A stretch of DNA of 18,232 nt, from assembly GCA_039714075.1 (NCBI GenBank), contig JBDLKA010000075.1, positions 1 to 18,232 on the forward strand, in the 5' to 3' direction. The notes under the pieces are model-generated. The model ran no database searches. It was not told the DNA's origin and was given only the letters and a program-made list of their open reading frames with translations. Every line of letters begins with the position of its first letter. Position 1 is the stretch's first letter. The position numbers and the translations under genes were made by a program. Source of the stretch: Candidatus Krumholzibacteriota bacterium (GTDB lineage Bacteria; Krumholzibacteriota; Krumholzibacteriia; LZORAL124-64-63). Below, one piece after another: positions 1-7,496 of this stretch.

Positions 1-560
1 TGGATGCCGATCCCACCGGCCCCGATGCAAACTGCCAGATCACCGGCGGCCAGTCCCGAGCTGCGCACCGACTGGAAGGGCGTGGTGATGGCGTCGGCAA
101 CCACCGACAGCTCCCACAACTCGTGCTTGGCCATGACCGCTTCAGGCACCGGGCACACGTATCGGGAGGGCACCGTCACATGGGTGGCGAATCCTCCGTG
201 GCGATCGTTGCCGGGCATGACCTGGGCCGGGCAGATGCGCCCCTGACCACCCTGGCATAACTCGCACTCGCCGCAGGGCATGACCGCGGGCACGAGCACG
301 GCCTGGCCAAGCAGGGTCTCGTCCACGCGGTCGCCCAGTTTGACGACCTTGCCGCTGATCTCGTGACCCAAAGCCAGGGGCAGCGGCGCCCGGGTGGGAA
401 CGCCCATGTGAAGGAAAGAGATATCGGTATGGCACACGCCGCAGCCGGCGACTTCGACGACCACTTCGCCGGCCGGCGGAGTGGCCAGGGTCTCGGTGAC
501 GGATTCGCAGGGCTGGCCCTGGGCCGTCATGACCCAACGGGTGACTTGCAATTCACTCAT
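1..560 (-). CDS. had: 6-hydroxycyclohex-1-ene-1-carbonyl-CoA dehydrogenase (Zn-dependent MDR family); 3' end outside window
   Basis: Not in the ORF track because it runs off the edge. Manual translation from ATG 560 gives MSELQVTRWVMT...VAGCGVCHTD...LPLALGHEISG...PAVMPCGECELC...ICPAQVMPGND..GGFATHV...VVADAITTPFQ...IGAGGIG. Catalytic and structural Zn motifs and Had-like segments are present. ATGA overlap with the upstream stop (557-559); dch/oah context. Confidence 0.88.
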   Translation of the reverse strand, partial: MSELQVTRWVMTAQGQPCESVTETLATPPAGEVVVEVAGCGVCHTDISFLHMGVPTRAPLPLALGHEISGKVVKLGDRVDETLLGQAVLVPAVMPCGECELCQGGQGRICPAQVMPGNDRHGGFATHVTVPSRYVCPVPEAVMAKHELWELSVVADAITTPFQSVRSSGLAAGDLAVCIGAGGIGI

Positions 561-1369
561 CGGTTCTCTCCTATCTGGCTGAGGGGATGGTTCTGTTCCT
601 GGAAAACCCACAGCGCGGCTCCCACGGCCCCGGCCAGGATGGGTTGGGGAATGGCTTCGACATGGTTTCCGGTCTTGTTCGCGATGGCCGTCAGCACGCC
701 GGGGAAGTATTCGGCCACCCCGCCGGTCACGAAGACCGGATCGGTGAAGCGCCCGATCTCGATGACGCGGTCGGCGATGGAGTTGATGCAGCCGAGGGCC
801 ACCGATTCCCGCGAAACACCTTCACGCAGTTTTTCCAGGATGTCCTGCCCGGAGAACATGCTGCAGTAGCTGCCCACCTCGCAGGACTCGTCGGTACGGC
901 CGGCCATTTCCTGCAGATGACTGGGGTGCACGTCGAGATGGCGGGCGGCGAAGATCAAAAACGTACCGATGCCCGCGGCGCAGCGGCGCAGGGTCTGGAT
1001 TCCCGTGGGCCGGCCCTGGTCGTCGACCTGGATCGCCTTGGGGTCGCGGCCGCCGATATCGATGACGCACATGGCCTTTTGATGATGGTGGAACGCGCCC
1101 AGGGCGTGGCAGGCCGCATCACCCAGAAAGGTCGAGGCCATGGGCACGCAGTTTTCGGCGAAACCCGTGGCGCAGATGCCGGCCAGGTCACCTTCGCTCA
1201 CTTGGGCGTCGTCCAGGGCGATGGGAAAAGCTTCACTCACCCGGTCCTGGAAATAACCCCTGCGGGCCACGATGGAGTTGCCCAGCAGGACACCCTGGTC
1301 GTTGACCACGGCTACCTTGATGCACTCGGTGCCCACGTCTATACCCACGCTGATTTTCGGCTCTGACAT
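557..1369 (-). CDS. BadF/BadG/BcrA/BcrD-family ATPase (acyl-CoA dehydratase activase / class I benzoyl-CoA reductase ATPase-type subunit), divergent
   Basis: Motifs GIDVG, ATG, CHALG, IDIGG.D.K, CAAG.G.FL, second Cys in SYCSMF, TGGVA and GAVGAAL. GGAG-type RBS upstream. Confidence 0.85.
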   Translation of the reverse strand: MSEPKISVGIDVGTECIKVAVVNDQGVLLGNSIVARRGYFQDRVSEAFPIALDDAQVSEGDLAGICATGFAENCVPMASTFLGDAACHALGAFHHHQKAMCVIDIGGRDPKAIQVDDQGRPTGIQTLRRCAAGIGTFLIFAARHLDVHPSHLQEMAGRTDESCEVGSYCSMFSGQDILEKLREGVSRESVALGCINSIADRVIEIGRFTDPVFVTGGVAEYFPGVLTAIANKTGNHVEAIPQPILAGAVGAALWVFQEQNHPLSQIGENR

Positions 1370-1377
1370 GGGTCCTC

Positions 1378-3696
1378 CTATCCTTTTGCCCTGGATTCTC
1401 CGGCCCCGGCGGCCAGTTCCTGGATCTCGATGAAGTCGCGCAGTTTCTGCATCACCTGGTTCATGGAGAACAGGCGCAGGTCATGGGTGTCGCCTTCGAG
1501 GACCAGCGCCTTCAACCCGGTGCGACGACCGAGGCGGACTTCCAGACCGTAGCGGACATTGCTTTGGGAAGGCGTCGTGCGTCCTTCGTGGTAGATGACT
1601 CCGTCCACGCCGAAGTCGTTGAAGGCGGTCACCAGGTGATCTTCCTTCCAGGCGTCGGAGCGGTTGTGGAAGATGCCCGTGTAGACCCCCGCCATGCTCT
1701 CGATGGGGTTCTTGGGGTCGATGCCGGGCAGGGCGGCGATGCTGCAGTAGGTCGACCCCACCACGGCCACCTTGTGGTTCAGGAACAGGTCGGCCAAGGG
1801 TCGCAGGGCCGGCCAGATGGGCGGTCCTTCCCAGTAGAAGCGGAACCGTTCACCCGGCACCGCGGCCATTCCGTTGGCCACCCGGTCCTGCACCTCGGCC
1901 TTGAGCAGGGTGTAGTATTCCACCGCTTCGGGTGTGCCGCGCATGATGATCGCCGGCGCCAGGTGGATCAGGGTGTCGAAGAAGGTCAACGGCGAGGGGA
2001 CCTGGCGGCACAATTCAAGGATCTCTCCCCACAAACGGTTGCACTTGTTGGACAGGCGGACCACCTCGGCCAGCTTGTCGTAGTCCAGTTTGCGGTCGAA
2101 GTGTTTCTCCAGGTTTTCCACCATCTGCAGAATCTGCAGGGTGGCCGCGCCCACTTCCAGCTCGCCGACTTCGTTCAGCGAGGTGGAGGGATGCAAACCC
2201 AGCACGGGTTTGTCGAAGTGCCTTCCGTAGTATTCGAACCAGCGGATCAGCTCGTTGCCGTAGTTGGTATTGTAGGCCAGGACATCCGGCGGCGGGGGAC
2301 CTTCGATGTCGTGCACCGACACCAGGGGGCTGTCCCCTTCGAGCATGGCGCCGATATCGCTGGCCATGGCGCTGTTGGCGAACTGGGAGAACCCTTCCTG
2401 CAGGGCGCGGGGGATATACAGGCCCGATTGCCGGCTGGCTCCGATCAGGGCCGCGTGGTTCTCGGGAAAATAGACCGCCAGGCCCAGGGCGCGCAGGATT
2501 TCCACGGGCCCGGTGCCCGAACACCAGGCCACCGGTCGGGCGGGGTCGTTTCTGGCTTCTTGAAGATCACGGTAATACCCCGTGATCAGCTTCTTCAGCT
2601 TGGGCGCGGTTTCCAGGGGCACGCGGCTGTCGGGCATGCCGCCGCCGGGCGCCGGACGAATGGGCCGCAGGGCCTGGGCCGAACGCTTCTGCGGCGCGGC
2701 TCCGGGAGCCCCGTTTTCATCCCCGTTCCGGGCGGCCGCTCGCAGGGTCGCCGCCACCTCCTGCTTGCGCAGGAAGCTCACGTTTTCCCGCGAGTGGATG
2801 AAGTTGACCAGACCGCGGTTGTGGGGCGCGTCCAGACCCAGTTTTTCCGCTTCGCGCACCACCGCGCCGTTGATCGCGTCGACTTCGGTGCGGTAGGAGC
2901 GCGCCAGATCCTGCCACATACTGGGCCGGTTCTTGCCCAGGGCCTTCTGCGAGCCGACAACCGGCCGGTAGGGGTCCTCTTCATCGACGATGGGCACGCC
3001 GCGCGCCTTCATCACCGCGATGATCTCCATGCACAGATCCCGCATGAAATCCTGCAGATGGGGATCGTCCAGAAGTTCGCGGCAGGTCAGGCCCGTCAGG
3101 GCGGAGACGGGATTGACCACGGCGTTGTGCAGCAGCTTTTGCCAGATCACGTTGTCGATCTGTTCCGCTACTTCGGTGTTCAGGCCCGCTTTACGGAACA
3201 CCTCGCCCACCGCCAGGATCTCCGGGGTGACCTTGCCGTCGTAGGGGGCGATCTGGATCGGCTTGATGCCCGGCCGGTAGCGGATCCGGTTCGGTCCGAC
3301 GTGCTGGATGCTGTGGTAGGTGATTCCGCTCAGCACCTGGCGCGGTTCGATGATCTCGGCCATGGTGTCGGTGTTGCCGATGCCGTTCTGCATGGACAGG
3401 ACGAAGGTGTCCGGCCCGATCACGGGCAGGCAGGCGCGCAGGGCGGGTTCGGTCTGGTAGGTCTTCACCGAGACGAAAACCAGGTCGGCCACGGGCAGTC
3501 CCTCGACGCTGGTGGCCACTTTCACCGGCACGCAGGTCTCGCCCTTGTTGCCTTCGGCCACGAAAAGGCCCGTTTCGTTCAGAAGCTGGGTGCGGGCCTC
3601 GTTGATCTCGATGAGAGTGACGTCTTCGCCGCCGGCGGCCAGCTGCGCACCGACCAGTCCGCCCAGAGCCCCGGCGCCGACAATGACGATCTTCAT
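1378..3696 (-). CDS. Fusion protein: N-terminal ketopantoate reductase (PanE/ApbA) domain, Pro/Ala/Gly linker, C-terminal 2-hydroxyacyl-CoA dehydratase/benzoyl-CoA reductase subunit-like (HGD-D) domain
   Basis: N-half has GAGALG, VKTYQ, QNGIG, WQKLLHNAVVNP, SMWQD and TEVDAING. C-half has AWCSG..P.EILRALG..VYFPENH, PDVL, R.YWEGPPIW, DGVIYH and LEGD..D.R. ATG 3696 preferred (GGAG RBS, ATGA overlap with dch stop) over the track start at 3708. Confidence 0.85.
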   Translation of the reverse strand: MKIVIVGAGALGGLVGAQLAAGGEDVTLIEINEARTQLLNETGLFVAEGNKGETCVPVKVATSVEGLPVADLVFVSVKTYQTEPALRACLPVIGPDTFVLSMQNGIGNTDTMAEIIEPRQVLSGITYHSIQHVGPNRIRYRPGIKPIQIAPYDGKVTPEILAVGEVFRKAGLNTEVAEQIDNVIWQKLLHNAVVNPVSALTGLTCRELLDDPHLQDFMRDLCMEIIAVMKARGVPIVDEEDPYRPVVGSQKALGKNRPSMWQDLARSYRTEVDAINGAVVREAEKLGLDAPHNRGLVNFIHSRENVSFLRKQEVAATLRAAARNGDENGAPGAAPQKRSAQALRPIRPAPGGGMPDSRVPLETAPKLKKLITGYYRDLQEARNDPARPVAWCSGTGPVEILRALGLAVYFPENHAALIGASRQSGLYIPRALQEGFSQFANSAMASDIGAMLEGDSPLVSVHDIEGPPPPDVLAYNTNYGNELIRWFEYYGRHFDKPVLGLHPSTSLNEVGELEVGAATLQILQMVENLEKHFDRKLDYDKLAEVVRLSNKCNRLWGEILELCRQVPSPLTFFDTLIHLAPAIIMRGTPEAVEYYTLLKAEVQDRVANGMAAVPGERFRFYWEGPPIWPALRPLADLFLNHKVAVVGSTYCSIAALPGIDPKNPIESMAGVYTGIFHNRSDAWKEDHLVTAFNDFGVDGVIYHEGRTTPSQSNVRYGLEVRLGRRTGLKALVLEGDTHDLRLFSMNQVMQKLRDFIEIQELAAGAGESRAKG

Positions 3697-4448
3697 GCGT
3701 TTCTCCATTCGGGAGCGCGTTTGCCGTAGAAGGCTTCGATGCCTTCGACCGGATCGGCGGAGGTCATCAGATCCTCCAGGAAGACCTTTTCGGCCTGCTC
3801 CAGCCGGGCGGCGAAGTTGCCGGGCCGGCTCGCCTTGAGGGTCCGCGTGTTCAGGCGCAGGACCAGGGGGCTGGCGGCGCGGAAATCGTTCAGGGTGTTT
3901 TCCAGGGTGTCGTTCAGTTCCTCGGCCGCGACCACCCTGCTGACCAGGCCCATGTCGGCCATCTCGGCGGCGGTGTAGGGCCGGCCCGAGCAGGTGATTT
4001 CCATGGCCCGGGCGCGTCCCACCAGGTCCGGCAGCACGACCACGCCCACGGGCGCGAAAAATCCCAGGCGGATTTCCGGCTGGCCGAACTTGGCCTTCTC
4101 CGCGGCCAGCAGCACGTCCGCCATCAGGATGAGCTCGAACCCGGCGCCCATGGCCGCGCCGCCCACAGCCATCACCACGGGCACTTCCAGGGCGTCCAGT
4201 TTGCGGAACAGGCGGCCGAAGGATTCGATCATATCGGCGGCCTGTTCGGGGCGGTGTTCGCCCACGTCGGCGCCGGCGCAGAAGGCCTTGCCTTCGGCGG
4301 TGACGGCCACGGCCTTGATGCTGCCGTCGCCGGCCACGGTTTCCAGCAGCCCGCTCATGTGGTCCATCACCGCGGCGGACATGATGTTCACCGGGGGATT
4401 GTTCAGGTGGAGATAGGCGACATCGTTTTCCACGCGGTAATCGATCAT
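3693..4448 (-). CDS. dch: Cyclohexa-1,5-diene-1-carbonyl-CoA hydratase (crotonase family)
   Basis: LNNPPVN, FCAGADVGEH, GAGFEL and FGQPEIRLGFFAP (Dch-like). Start ATG 4448 has an AGGAG RBS and ATGA overlap; pathway context. Confidence 0.78.
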   Translation of the reverse strand: MIDYRVENDVAYLHLNNPPVNIMSAAVMDHMSGLLETVAGDGSIKAVAVTAEGKAFCAGADVGEHRPEQAADMIESFGRLFRKLDALEVPVVMAVGGAAMGAGFELILMADVLLAAEKAKFGQPEIRLGFFAPVGVVVLPDLVGRARAMEITCSGRPYTAAEMADMGLVSRVVAAEELNDTLENTLNDFRAASPLVLRLNTRTLKASRPGNFAARLEQAEKVFLEDLMTSADPVEGIEAFYGKRAPEWRNA

Positions 4449-4909
4449 GTTGATTCTCCTGATTCGGGGCCGGTTTTCACCCAGGTGGTGCCGGGTTTTT
4501 CCAGTGTGTAATGGACCTTGATGTCCGGGGATTCCTCGCACAGGCGGGGCACCACCTGCACGGGCATGTCGATGGTGATTCCGTCCGGTGCGATCGTGTC
4601 GCCGAAGCCGGCCAGCAAACGCCCGCCTTCTTCCAGGTCGACCACGCCCAGATTGAAGGGCGCCTCTTTCTCGAATCCGGCCGGAGCGGCGTCGATGGTG
4701 GTGAAGGTCATCAGGGTGCCCCTGCCGCTCATTTCGGTGAACGCGAACTCACCCTGGAGGCAGGCCGGGCAGTCGGCGCGGGGCGGAAAACTCAGGTGAC
4801 CGCAGGCGGTGCAGGTCGAACCCATCAGGCGTCCGGCCCTCAGGTGGGCGGCGAAACCGTCAACCTTGGTGTGAGGGCAAAAATTTACTTTTCCAAACCA
4901 TTCGAACAC
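4445..4909 (-). CDS. DUF35 Zn-ribbon/OB-fold protein (thiolase partner)
   Basis: CTACG..FPPR..CPAC zinc ribbon followed by OB-fold segments (G.L.TFT, VDLEEG.R). Directly downstream of the thiolase; GTG start. Confidence 0.88.
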   Translation of the reverse strand: MFEWFGKVNFCPHTKVDGFAAHLRAGRLMGSTCTACGHLSFPPRADCPACLQGEFAFTEMSGRGTLMTFTTIDAAPAGFEKEAPFNLGVVDLEEGGRLLAGFGDTIAPDGITIDMPVQVVPRLCEESPDIKVHYTLEKPGTTWVKTGPESGEST

Positions 4910-4913
4910 GGCG

Positions 4914-6074
4914 TCAATCCTTTTTGAAGACGTTCACGAAACAGTACTGGCCGATACCGCCCACATTGTGGGTCAGGCCGACGTCGGCGTCCGGCACCTG
5001 TCTGGCCTCGCCGGCTTCACCGCGCAGTTGGCGCACCATTTCGCAGGCCATGGAAACGCCGGTGGCCCCGACCGGATGGCCTTTGGCTTTGAGCCCGCCG
5101 TCCACGTTCACGGGGGTCGCGCCCCCGATGTACGATTGCTTCTCCGCCACGAAAGCCCCGCCTTCGCCCTTCCCGCAAAAACCCAGGTCTTCGTAGGCCA
5201 TGATCTCGGCGATGGTGAAGCAGTCGTGCACTTCAGCAACCTTCACGTCACCAGCCGAAATGCCGGCCATTTTGTAGGCCTGGGCCGCCGCTTCTCTGGC
5301 TGAAGGCAAACCTGTCAATTCGGGGCGGCGCAATACGGACATGCTCGCCGTCGCGCAGCCGTTGCCATCGAGCCACACTTCCCTGCCCGCGCCCAGCTTG
5401 CGCGCGGCGCGTTCCCCGGCCAGGATGACACAGGCCGCGCCGTCGGCGTTGGCGCAGCAGTCGTAGACCGTCAACGGGGCGGCGACCGGATCCGAGGCCA
5501 GCGCCTTGGCCGTGGTGATTTCCTTCTGGAAGAGCGCCTTGGTGTTGCGGGCGCCGTAGTGGTGGTTCTTGACCGCGACCTGGGCCAGGTGTTCGTTCGT
5601 GGTGCCGAACTCGTGCATGTGGCGCCGGGCGAACATGGCGTAGTAGCCGGGGAAGGTGGTTCCGAAACCCGATTCCCACTGAACGTCGCCGACGCGCCCC
5701 ATCAGGGCCAGGATCTCGGCGGTTTCCAGTTCGGTCATCTTCTGGCAGCCGATCACCGCCACCACGTCGTGCACCCCGGCCTTGATGGACAGCCAGGCGG
5801 TGCGGATCGCCGCCGAGCCCGAGGCGCAGGCGACCTCGGTCAGCCAGGTCGGTTTGGGGTTCAGATTGAGGTATTCCTGGATGACTCCGGCCAGCGAACG
5901 CTGCTTGTGGTATTCGGGTACCGAGCCGATCACGGTGGCCTCGATGACGTCCGGGTCCAGGTCGCCGTCTTTCAGGGCGGCCCGGTAAGCCTCGAAGGCG
6001 AGCTCCTGCACCGTGGCGTCGCTGCGCCGTCCGAAAACCGTATGGCCGATGCCGACAATGCCGACTCTGCTCAT
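4914..6074 (-). CDS. SCP2-type thiolase (acyl-CoA C-acyltransferase)
   Basis: ACASGS catalytic Cys, EVHDCF, N.DGGL..KGHP.GATG and HNVGG. ATG 6074 with GAGG RBS. Confidence 0.9.
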   Translation of the reverse strand: MSRVGIVGIGHTVFGRRSDATVQELAFEAYRAALKDGDLDPDVIEATVIGSVPEYHKQRSLAGVIQEYLNLNPKPTWLTEVACASGSAAIRTAWLSIKAGVHDVVAVIGCQKMTELETAEILALMGRVGDVQWESGFGTTFPGYYAMFARRHMHEFGTTNEHLAQVAVKNHHYGARNTKALFQKEITTAKALASDPVAAPLTVYDCCANADGAACVILAGERAARKLGAGREVWLDGNGCATASMSVLRRPELTGLPSAREAAAQAYKMAGISAGDVKVAEVHDCFTIAEIMAYEDLGFCGKGEGGAFVAEKQSYIGGATPVNVDGGLKAKGHPVGATGVSMACEMVRQLRGEAGEARQVPDADVGLTHNVGGIGQYCFVNVFKKD

Positions 6075-6083
6075 GAACACCTC

Positions 6084-6851
6084 TTAAATGTATTGACCAC
6101 CATCGACGCGGATCACCTGCCCGGTCACGTGCCGGGAGAAATCCGAACACAGGAAAGCCACCACATGGGCGATGTCCGCCGGGTCGGCCAGGCGGCCCAG
6201 CATGGATTCGCGCACGGCGGCGTTGCGGAACTCGGGCGCCAGTCCGGCGGCCATTTCGGTGGCCACCATGCCCGGGGCCACGGCGTTGACCGTGACGTCG
6301 AACTTGCCCAGCTCGCGGGCCAGGGTCCGGGTCAGGGCGTTCACCCCGCCCTTGGCCGCGGTGTAGTTGGCCTGGCCGAACTTGCCCCGTTCCCCGTTGA
6401 TCGAGGAGATATTGACGATGCGGCCGCGCCGCTGGTCCTTGAACAGCCGGGCCGCCGCGCGGTTGAAGGTGAAGTAGCCGGTCAGGTTCACCGCCAGGAC
6501 ATCGTCCCAGGCCTTGTCCGACATGTTCCACACCACGGCGTCGCGGGTGATGCCCGCGTTGCAGACCAGCATGTCCAGACCGCCCAGCTCGGCCACGGTG
6601 CGGGTCACGGCATCCTCGGTGGCAGCCGAATCAGCCGCATCGGCTTCCAGCGGCAGGGCCCGCCGGCCCAGTTTCTCGATGGCGCCCACGGTTTCGTCCG
6701 CCTCGCCGGGTTCGCCCACATAGGTCAGGGCCACATCGCAGCCCTGCCGCGCCAGTTCCCGGCAAACCGCGGCGCCGATGCCCCGGCTGCCGCCCGTCAC
6801 CAGGGCGACCCGGTCGTTCAAGCCCAGTTGCAGGTCCGCATTCCGCGCCAT
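6084..6851 (-). CDS. Short-chain dehydrogenase/reductase (FabG/PhaB-like 3-hydroxyacyl-CoA dehydrogenase)
   Basis: TGGSRGIG, NAGITRD, ISS, YTAAK (YxxxK), VNAVAPG and TGQVIRVDGG. Confidence 0.9.
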   Translation of the reverse strand: MARNADLQLGLNDRVALVTGGSRGIGAAVCRELARQGCDVALTYVGEPGEADETVGAIEKLGRRALPLEADAADSAATEDAVTRTVAELGGLDMLVCNAGITRDAVVWNMSDKAWDDVLAVNLTGYFTFNRAAARLFKDQRRGRIVNISSINGERGKFGQANYTAAKGGVNALTRTLARELGKFDVTVNAVAPGMVATEMAAGLAPEFRNAAVRESMLGRLADPADIAHVVAFLCSDFSRHVTGQVIRVDGGQYI

Positions 6852-6854
6852 CGC

Positions 6855-7496
6855 CTACCGCCCTTCTCCGGTCAGTCCGTTCATGACCATGGCCACCATT
6901 TCCTCGCCCAGTTCTCCGGCGTGATCGTCCTTGGCGGGGTCGTACCACATGAACACCCAGTTCAGCATGCCGAAGATGAACAGGGTGCGATGCCGGACCT
7001 GCCGGTCGGTTTCCGCCCGCTCGGCGGGTACCCCGCTCATTTCGCCGACCACCTGGGCCATGCACAGGTAATAGCGCCGCCTGAGCTGGGCGATGTTCTC
7101 GTATCTTTCCCCTTGCAGTGATTCCAGTTCGAAGGTGCAGACCTTCAGCTCGTTGAAGTGGCTGATGAAGTAGGCGAGATGGTTCTTCACCAACCGGCGC
7201 AGGCGTTCTTCGGCCGGGCCGCCGCCGGCCACGGCCTGTTCCTGCATTTCCAACAACGAACCGAAGGTCTTTTCCTGGATCAGGAAGAGCAGGTCTTCCT
7301 TGCTCTTGAAGTAGTAGTACATGCCGCCCAGGCTGAAGCCGCTGGCGGTGGCCACGTCGCGAATGGAGGTCTGGCTGAAACCGCGCGTGGCCATCAGTTC
7401 GGCCGAGACGGTCAGCAACCGGTCCAGCTTGGGGGCCGTGCGCGAAGTCCGGCCGCCGCTCGGGACGGGGATGTCATGGGGAGCGCCCTCAGCCAC
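6855..7496 (-). CDS. TetR/AcrR family transcriptional regulator (KstR2/PaaR-like C-terminal domain)
   Basis: HTH GFSQTSIRDVA...GGMYYYFKSKEDLL and C-terminal GMLNWVFMWY. GTG start overlaps the upstream stop. Confidence 0.9.
   Translation of the reverse strand: MAEGAPHDIPVPSGGRTSRTAPKLDRLLTVSAELMATRGFSQTSIRDVATASGFSLGGMYYYFKSKEDLLFLIQEKTFGSLLEMQEQAVAGGGPAEERLRRLVKNHLAYFISHFNELKVCTFELESLQGERYENIAQLRRRYYLCMAQVVGEMSGVPAERAETDRQVRHRTLFIFGMLNWVFMWYDPAKDDHAGELGEEMVAMVMNGLTGEGR

Noticed and set aside
142..537. 131-aa minus-strand ORF in the track
   Set aside because: Wrong frame; the real gene is had, starting at 560 and running off the window.
1378..2630. Naming the C-terminal domain bcrB/bzdO and the activase bcrA/bzdQ
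   Set aside because: Cluster ligands appear absent and partner subunits are not in the window, so orthology cannot be supported.
2600..2790. Possibility that the fusion is two genes with an internal start at ATG 2637
   Set aside because: No stop codon ends the PanE domain and no convincing RBS precedes 2637, so it is treated as a linker. Not fully excluded without reads.
1483..3729. 748-aa plus-strand ORF, and similar long antisense ORFs at 587-1366, 5559-7121, 8722-10560, 13120-14073, 14157-15284 and 15641-17143
   Set aside because: Shadow frames opposite clearly recognisable genes, expected from high-GC codon bias; no motifs.
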